Under the pieces are notes generated by a model. It was not told the DNA's origin, ran no database searches, and was given only the letters and a program-made list of their open reading frames with translations. From the NCBI GenBank assembly GCA_019057635.1, contig DXJL01000083.1, positions 1 to 21,474 of the forward strand: a stretch of 21,474 nt of DNA, written 5' to 3'. Below, in pieces: positions 16,462 through 21,474 of the stretch; position 1 is the stretch's first letter; each line of letters begins with the position of its first letter. The translations under genes were made by a program, and so were the position numbers. The DNA comes from Candidatus Heimdallarchaeota archaeon (GTDB lineage: Archaea > Asgardarchaeota > Heimdallarchaeia > Hodarchaeales > Hodarchaeaceae).

Positions 16462-17508
16462 TCATTTCAAAAAGTCCAATTTGACATGTTTTTTTACTAA
16501 TTCTTCGAGTAGGGTTATCTTTTTTGTCTCATCCTTGGTAAAGAGAATTTCCATATCATCAATTAGCTTAGCAACTGCGAAAGTATCATTAGTGGCGAGA
16601 AGGATTGGAATGTTTCTAGTATCTGCTTTAGATTGAATAATTGGGTCATCAGGAAGAATATTATTAGTAAGAACTATTCCTGATGTACTGGAGTCTAATG
16701 CAGCTGTAATCATATCAATTCGGTCTCCTGGTGTGATTATCAATTTATTTTCGTATTGCCACAGTGGCTTCGTTATCACCTGTGCAGCACTCATAGCCCC
16801 TACGAAGATATGATTGACTATATTCATTAATCCCCCCTCGCCTGCAATAATTTTTGTGAATAGCGTCTTATAAAGATAATCGATCGTAAAATGAGTTAGA
16901 TCTTCCTCATAAGGGATAATTCCTAAGACTGGTACTCCTAATTCATTAAAAATATCCATATGGAGATTCTTGAACTCCTCAATATCCTTAACTTGATTTA
17001 CAATAACACCTGCAAGATCACTCGAATCAGAGAGCACACAATTTCTCAGAAATGCAATCTCATCAACGATTTCACTGCCTTCACCGCTCAATATTAATAG
17101 CAGCTGAGCGCCTACATTCCTTGCAATGGTCATTGGATCTAAAAACACTGAGTGGCCAAAAGCCAGATTTCGTCCTCCCTCAATTAAAACAACGTCATGG
17201 TCTTTACTTACGCTATTGCAAATTTCTTTCAGTTTTTTACTAGTTGATTGTTCATCATACATGAAACGTAACTTATTATGGTCAAAGCCTAGTGAAATAT
17301 CCTCAGGTTTCTCTGTAAGACCTAAAATATTTGAAACTAAGGAGGCATCATAATCCCAGAGACGTTTCTTTTGATAAAGCAATCGGTCTCCCAAGGGTTT
17401 CATATACCCGCAAGAAATGTTTTTTTCTGAAAGAGCTTTTGCTATACCAATAATTATACTGGTTTTACCCGCTTCTTCATGAGTGGAAGCTACTACAATC
17501 CTTTTCAT
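16462..17508 (-). CDS. Phosphotransacetylase N-terminal-like protein (BioD-like/AAA_26 P-loop + DRTGG domain), no Pta catalytic domain
   Basis: ASTHEEAGKTS, GYMKPLG, VVLIEGG, GVIVNQV, PVLGIIP, VGAM and ITPGDRID motifs. SD AGGTGA overlaps the upstream stop codon. Confidence 0.88.
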   Translation of the reverse strand: MKRIVVASTHEEAGKTSIIIGIAKALSEKNISCGYMKPLGDRLLYQKKRLWDYDASLVSNILGLTEKPEDISLGFDHNKLRFMYDEQSTSKKLKEICNSVSKDHDVVLIEGGRNLAFGHSVFLDPMTIARNVGAQLLLILSGEGSEIVDEIAFLRNCVLSDSSDLAGVIVNQVKDIEEFKNLHMDIFNELGVPVLGIIPYEEDLTHFTIDYLYKTLFTKIIAGEGGLMNIVNHIFVGAMSAAQVITKPLWQYENKLIITPGDRIDMITAALDSSTSGIVLTNNILPDDPIIQSKADTRNIPILLATNDTFAVAKLIDDMEILFTKDETKKITLLEELVKKHVKLDFLK

Positions 17509-17514
17509 TTTTAT

Positions 17515-19677
17515 TCACCTTTGAGGATTTAACAATATACGAGTATCTACTGCTAGTACTCCTTGATTCTGTTCAAATACTAAAACTGGGTTAATTTCGA
17601 TATCAGATATATCTTTACATAGCTGAATGATTTTACTTAGCCGGAGGATGATGTCAATACATCCTCCAATATCTTTAGCTGCCTCTCCTCTCACTCCTAG
17701 TAGCAATGGATATGAACGTATTTGTTGGATCATTTCAATAGCATCAGATCGTTTAACAGGAACTGCTCTAAATGCAACGTCCTTTAAAACTTCTACATAG
17801 ATCCCACCTAAACCAAACATAACCGTGGGCCCAAATGTATTATCAATCCTTGCTCCGATGATAGTTTCCATTGCTTCATCCATATTGATCATTCTGACAA
17901 TTTCCACTCCCTCAATTTTTGCATCAGGCTTATATTTTCGTGCGGAGGCGAGAATAGCTTCGTAGGCATCCAGAAGCTCTTTTCGATTCTCTAAATTAAG
18001 TGCTACACCACCAGCATCCGATTTGTGAATAATATCCTTCGACACAATTTTCATGACTACTGGATATTTAACTACTTCTTCTGCATAATGAATTACTTCT
18101 TCTAGATCTTTTGCTACATAACTCTTAGGCGTTGGAATTCCAGCTGCATCCATGACTCTCAAAGCTTCGGGAACAAGGAGAAACCGTCTATTATCCTTCT
18201 TTACCTCATCAATAACTTCTTGTATGGAAGCAATATCTATTTCTGGCTCATCAAATCCTGAAACTTCGTCTTCAGTGTCAAGTATATTGTGATAATGTTT
18301 ATACAAGGCCCCTAAACAGCTTGCCGCTTCATAAACGTCAGAAAAGATAGGAACACCCTTAGATTTTAATAAAAATAATCCCTTCTCAAATTCTCCTCCT
18401 CCAAAGAAAGAAAAAACAACTGGTTTATTTGGCTTGTTGTCTAAATATTTCTTTTGAACTACTGCGGCTAATTGATCAGCGGAAAAAATGGCGGTTTCAC
18501 AACCGAGGACAATCACAGAATGAATATCAGGGCTATCTAGGGCAGCTTGGAGAGCTTGTTCATAGATCTCACTGGTACCTTGTCCCGTAATGTCCACAGG
18601 ATTTTTAGTAGAACCAAAAGAGGGTGTGACAGGAGAAAAAATCTTTTTTAAAACATCACGATCATCATAAAGAGTTACACCATACAACTCACACGCGTCA
18701 GTGGCAAGCACTCCTATTCCACCTCCGTTGGTTACAATGACTGCATTCTCCCCAGTAGGAAGGCTTTTTTGGATAGCAAGGAATTTTGCCCAATTTAACG
18801 CCTCTTGGACACTTAGAGCACGGAGCGCACCTACTTGTCGTGCAATTATATCAGTGAAGACATTATCAGCTCCAGCCAACGATCCAGTATGGGAAGCAGC
18901 TGCCATGGCACCGCGTTTAGATCGACCAGATTTAATGATAATGACAGGTTTTATTTTTGTTGCACTTTCAAGGACATTAGTCAATCTATCCCCATGTTTA
19001 ATTCCCTCTATATATAACAGAATGACTTTGGTATTGTCATCTGTAATGAAATATTCAATCAAGTCCGATTCGTCAATATCACACTTATTACCGACAGAAA
19101 CAATAGCTGATAGACCGATTCCCTCAGTAACAGTTTTACCGATCATTGCTATGCCAAGAGCTCCTGACTGTGTAACTATTGCTACTGATCCATGTTCGAT
19201 ATGTTTATATCCAAATGTAGCATTCACAGGTGCTTTTGCAGAGAAAATTCCAAAAATATTTGGACCAAGAATTCGCATTCCATTCTTTCTGGCAAACTTG
19301 ACTAATTCTTCTTCTTCCTCAATATTCCCAACTTCAGAGAATCCACTTGTAATTATTGAGATGAACTTAGTTCTCTTTTTTGCACAACTTTGTAGTGTGT
19401 CAAAAACATATTTTGCTGGAACACATATCGTAGCGAGATCAATTTCATCATCTATTGCTTCTATTGAATCGTAAACTTTGCATCCGAGAATTTCTCCTCC
19501 CTTAGGATTCACTGGATAAATATTTCCTTGATACTCTGATGCTACAATATTATCGACTACTTTATAGCCAATCTTATTTTGATTCGATGATGCACCGATT
19601 ATTGCAATTGATTTCGGTTCAAATAAATGCTTTATATGAGGAGCGTTGATTTTTGGCATACGATACTTGTTCTCCAT
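17515..19677 (-). CDS. acdAB: ADP-forming acetate/acyl-CoA ligase, fused alpha-beta (ACD family)
   Basis: CoA-binding PKSIAIIGAS and YPVNP; GPN; TQSGA; SVGN; phospho-His motif AASHTGSLAG; TNGGG; NPVD; ATP-grasp YPVVMK..HKSDAGGV, FGPTVMFGLGGIYVEVLKD and EINP. Confidence 0.92.
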   Translation of the reverse strand: MENKYRMPKINAPHIKHLFEPKSIAIIGASSNQNKIGYKVVDNIVASEYQGNIYPVNPKGGEILGCKVYDSIEAIDDEIDLATICVPAKYVFDTLQSCAKKRTKFISIITSGFSEVGNIEEEEELVKFARKNGMRILGPNIFGIFSAKAPVNATFGYKHIEHGSVAIVTQSGALGIAMIGKTVTEGIGLSAIVSVGNKCDIDESDLIEYFITDDNTKVILLYIEGIKHGDRLTNVLESATKIKPVIIIKSGRSKRGAMAAASHTGSLAGADNVFTDIIARQVGALRALSVQEALNWAKFLAIQKSLPTGENAVIVTNGGGIGVLATDACELYGVTLYDDRDVLKKIFSPVTPSFGSTKNPVDITGQGTSEIYEQALQAALDSPDIHSVIVLGCETAIFSADQLAAVVQKKYLDNKPNKPVVFSFFGGGEFEKGLFLLKSKGVPIFSDVYEAASCLGALYKHYHNILDTEDEVSGFDEPEIDIASIQEVIDEVKKDNRRFLLVPEALRVMDAAGIPTPKSYVAKDLEEVIHYAEEVVKYPVVMKIVSKDIIHKSDAGGVALNLENRKELLDAYEAILASARKYKPDAKIEGVEIVRMINMDEAMETIIGARIDNTFGPTVMFGLGGIYVEVLKDVAFRAVPVKRSDAIEMIQQIRSYPLLLGVRGEAAKDIGGCIDIILRLSKIIQLCKDISDIEINPVLVFEQNQGVLAVDTRILLNPQR

Positions 19678-19818
19678 GACCTACAGCAATTGGATCAAGA
19701 ATTTTTTAATTCTATGTAAATATAAGCAGTTATAATTTGGTTTTGCTTCTTTTATAATATTAATTATCTTCTAGTAATATCCCTTAGACTGGTGAAAAAA
19801 GAAGTTCTATTATAAGTG

Positions 19819-21474
19819 TTAAAAAGTCATCCGTAGCTCGTAAACCCCTTCAGTAAGTCGTTTATCTAGGTTAGGAAATAATTTCTCAAATAGAGCGAGC
19901 ATACCTCTGTTTTCTAACAATACTTCGGCACTAAAGCCTAGTAAACCTGCAGATTTAGCGAGATAAGTAAGATATTTCATTAATTCGGTTCCCACACCTT
20001 TCCGATGATAATCATCTCTTACCACAAAAGCAGCTTCAGCTGTATGGGAATGTTGATCGATTCCATATTGACCTACACCAACAATCTCTTGTGAAATGCC
20101 TTTAGATACTACAGCAAGGACTATCATCTCTGTTGAAAAATCGATGATACAAAAATCTTGAAGTCTTGAATGTGGTAAATCTTTTCTAACACTCATAAAT
20201 CGACGATAAAGAGATTGATCAGACAAATCGTAGAAGAAATCCTTTAATAGTGGCTCATCACTAATTTTGACTGGACGAAGCATGATTTCAAGACCGTCTG
20301 TAGTAGTACGCCAAGTTTCCAAGTGTTCAGGATATTCCCCTTTTTTACCAGGGATAAATGCTTGATCTTTGAAAATTAAATTTTCTTTTTTTGCTTCCTT
20401 AATTAGTTGTGATTTGAAACGAGGATGAGCAATAGAAATTAATTGCATGGCACGTTCACGAATGTTTTTACCATGCAAATAACAAATACCAAATTCGGTG
20501 ATCACGTAATGAATATCTCCTCGATTAAGGGTAACACCAGCCCCTTCAGTTAAAAATGGGACTATCCTTGAAGTTTCCCCATTATCCGCAGTGGACTGAA
20601 TTGTGAGTATAGACTTACCCTTATTAGCAAGAATTGCTCCTCGCATGAAATCAGCTTGGCCTCCAATACCTGAATAAAAAATTTTACCAATGGATTCAGA
20701 AGAAGCCTGTCCTGTTAAATCTATTTGCAGTCCACTGTTAATGGCAGTCATATTATCATGTTGGGCAATTGTTAACGGATCATTAGTATACTCGATTCGA
20801 CGCAGTTCAATGGAGGGATTGTCATGAATAAAATCGTATGTCGATTGGGAACCCATGCAAAAGGATGCTACTGATTTTCCACGATTGATAGATTTTTTTG
20901 TATTATCTATGACACCTAATTTCATTAACTGAACGAGACCATCGCTTACGAGTTCAGTATGAACACCTAGATGCTTTTTATCTTTTAAATTCGCCATCAC
21001 AGCATTCGGTATACTCCCGTAACCAACTTGTATCGTATCTCCATCTTGAATTAAACGAGATACATATTGACCAATTTTATTTGCTACATCGTCACTTGCA
21101 GGTTCCTGCTTGTACTCCAATATAGACTCATCATAAGGTAGAATATAGTCAATATCCTTCACATGTAAAAATCCATCTCCATGGACACGGGGGACATTTT
21201 TATTCATCTGGGCAATGACAATACCAGCATTCTCGATCGCAGCCTTGACAATATCGACAGAAACACCCAAACTTACATAACCGTGATCATCAGGTGGAGT
21301 AACTTGGATCAGAGCGACATCTATTGGTACAAGACCGCTGTAAAATATACTGGGTGTTTTTGAAAGAAAAATTGGCGTATAATCAGAAAGGCCACTATTA
21401 ACAGCCTCCCGAGTAGAATTTGCAACAAAAAATGAGTTGAGTCTAAAGTTTATTTGATAAGCAGCATCTGTATA
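19819..21474 (-). CDS. Acetyl-CoA hydrolase/CoA-transferase (4-hydroxybutyrate CoA-transferase-like) fused to a C-terminal GNAT domain; 5' end lies outside the window
   Basis: The frame is open from the right edge (YTDAAYQINFRLNSFFV...DYTPIFLS...PPDDHGYVSLGVS), so the track's start at 21270 is an artefact. Motifs: TIQVGYGSIP, LGVHTE, QIDLTGQ, SGIGGQADF, VITEFG. GNAT: SLYRRF, AEAAFVVRDDYHRKGVGT, N-GM. Confidence 0.9.
   Translation of the reverse strand, partial: YTDAAYQINFRLNSFFVANSTREAVNSGLSDYTPIFLSKTPSIFYSGLVPIDVALIQVTPPDDHGYVSLGVSVDIVKAAIENAGIVIAQMNKNVPRVHGDGFLHVKDIDYILPYDESILEYKQEPASDDVANKIGQYVSRLIQDGDTIQVGYGSIPNAVMANLKDKKHLGVHTELVSDGLVQLMKLGVIDNTKKSINRGKSVASFCMGSQSTYDFIHDNPSIELRRIEYTNDPLTIAQHDNMTAINSGLQIDLTGQASSESIGKIFYSGIGGQADFMRGAILANKGKSILTIQSTADNGETSRIVPFLTEGAGVTLNRGDIHYVITEFGICYLHGKNIRERAMQLISIAHPRFKSQLIKEAKKENLIFKDQAFIPGKKGEYPEHLETWRTTTDGLEIMLRPVKISDEPLLKDFFYDLSDQSLYRRFMSVRKDLPHSRLQDFCIIDFSTEMIVLAVVSKGISQEIVGVGQYGIDQHSHTAEAAFVVRDDYHRKGVGTELMKYLTYLAKSAGLLGFSAEVLLENRGMLALFEKLFPNLDKRLTEGVYELRMTF

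Noticed and set aside
16462-17508. Calling this gene pta or bioD
   Set aside because: No C-terminal PTA_PTB catalytic domain, and the DRTGG extension argues against dethiobiotin synthase.
18701-19474. 257-aa plus-strand ORF
   Set aside because: Lies entirely antisense to the well-supported ACD gene and has no recognisable motifs; treated as a shadow ORF.
17515-19677. Calling this gene a Pat/PatZ acetyltransferase
   Set aside because: No GNAT domain in this polypeptide, and the catalytic His motif SHTG is intact.
21181-21363. TTG start at 21270 for the CoA-transferase, and the overlapping 60-aa ORF
   Set aside because: The CoA-transferase frame stays open with family-like sequence to position 21474, so the gene is simply cut by the window edge.

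Overview
AT-rich archaeal DNA, most likely from an Asgard archaeon (probably Heimdallarchaeia; inferred from Rag-type GTPases, Roadblock and longin-like domains, not from a marker gene). There are three blocks. (1) 1-1816: a PadR regulator, a HAAS-RDD membrane protein and a pyridoxamine-oxidase-like flavin-binding protein. (2) 2141-15942: a four-gene cluster arranged longin-> <-Rag | Rag-> <-longin. It contains a ~3100-aa single-pass surface protein (3x DUF2341+LamG, 11 Ig/cadherin-like repeats, TM) whose cytoplasmic tail resembles the folliculin/SMCR8/NPRL2 longin domain, including the Ala-Arg-Gly arginine-finger motif. It also has two divergently transcribed RagA/Gtr1-like GTPases and a soluble longin + winged-helix protein. 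This is the candidate novel system: a receptor-type Rag-GAP signalling module. (3) 16462-21474: an acyl-CoA/acetate cluster (Pta-N/DRTGG protein, ADP-forming acyl-CoA synthetase, 5'-truncated CoA-transferase-GNAT fusion). No rRNA, tRNA, CRISPR array or transposase was seen. All family assignments are by eye and from remembered motifs; no searches were run.
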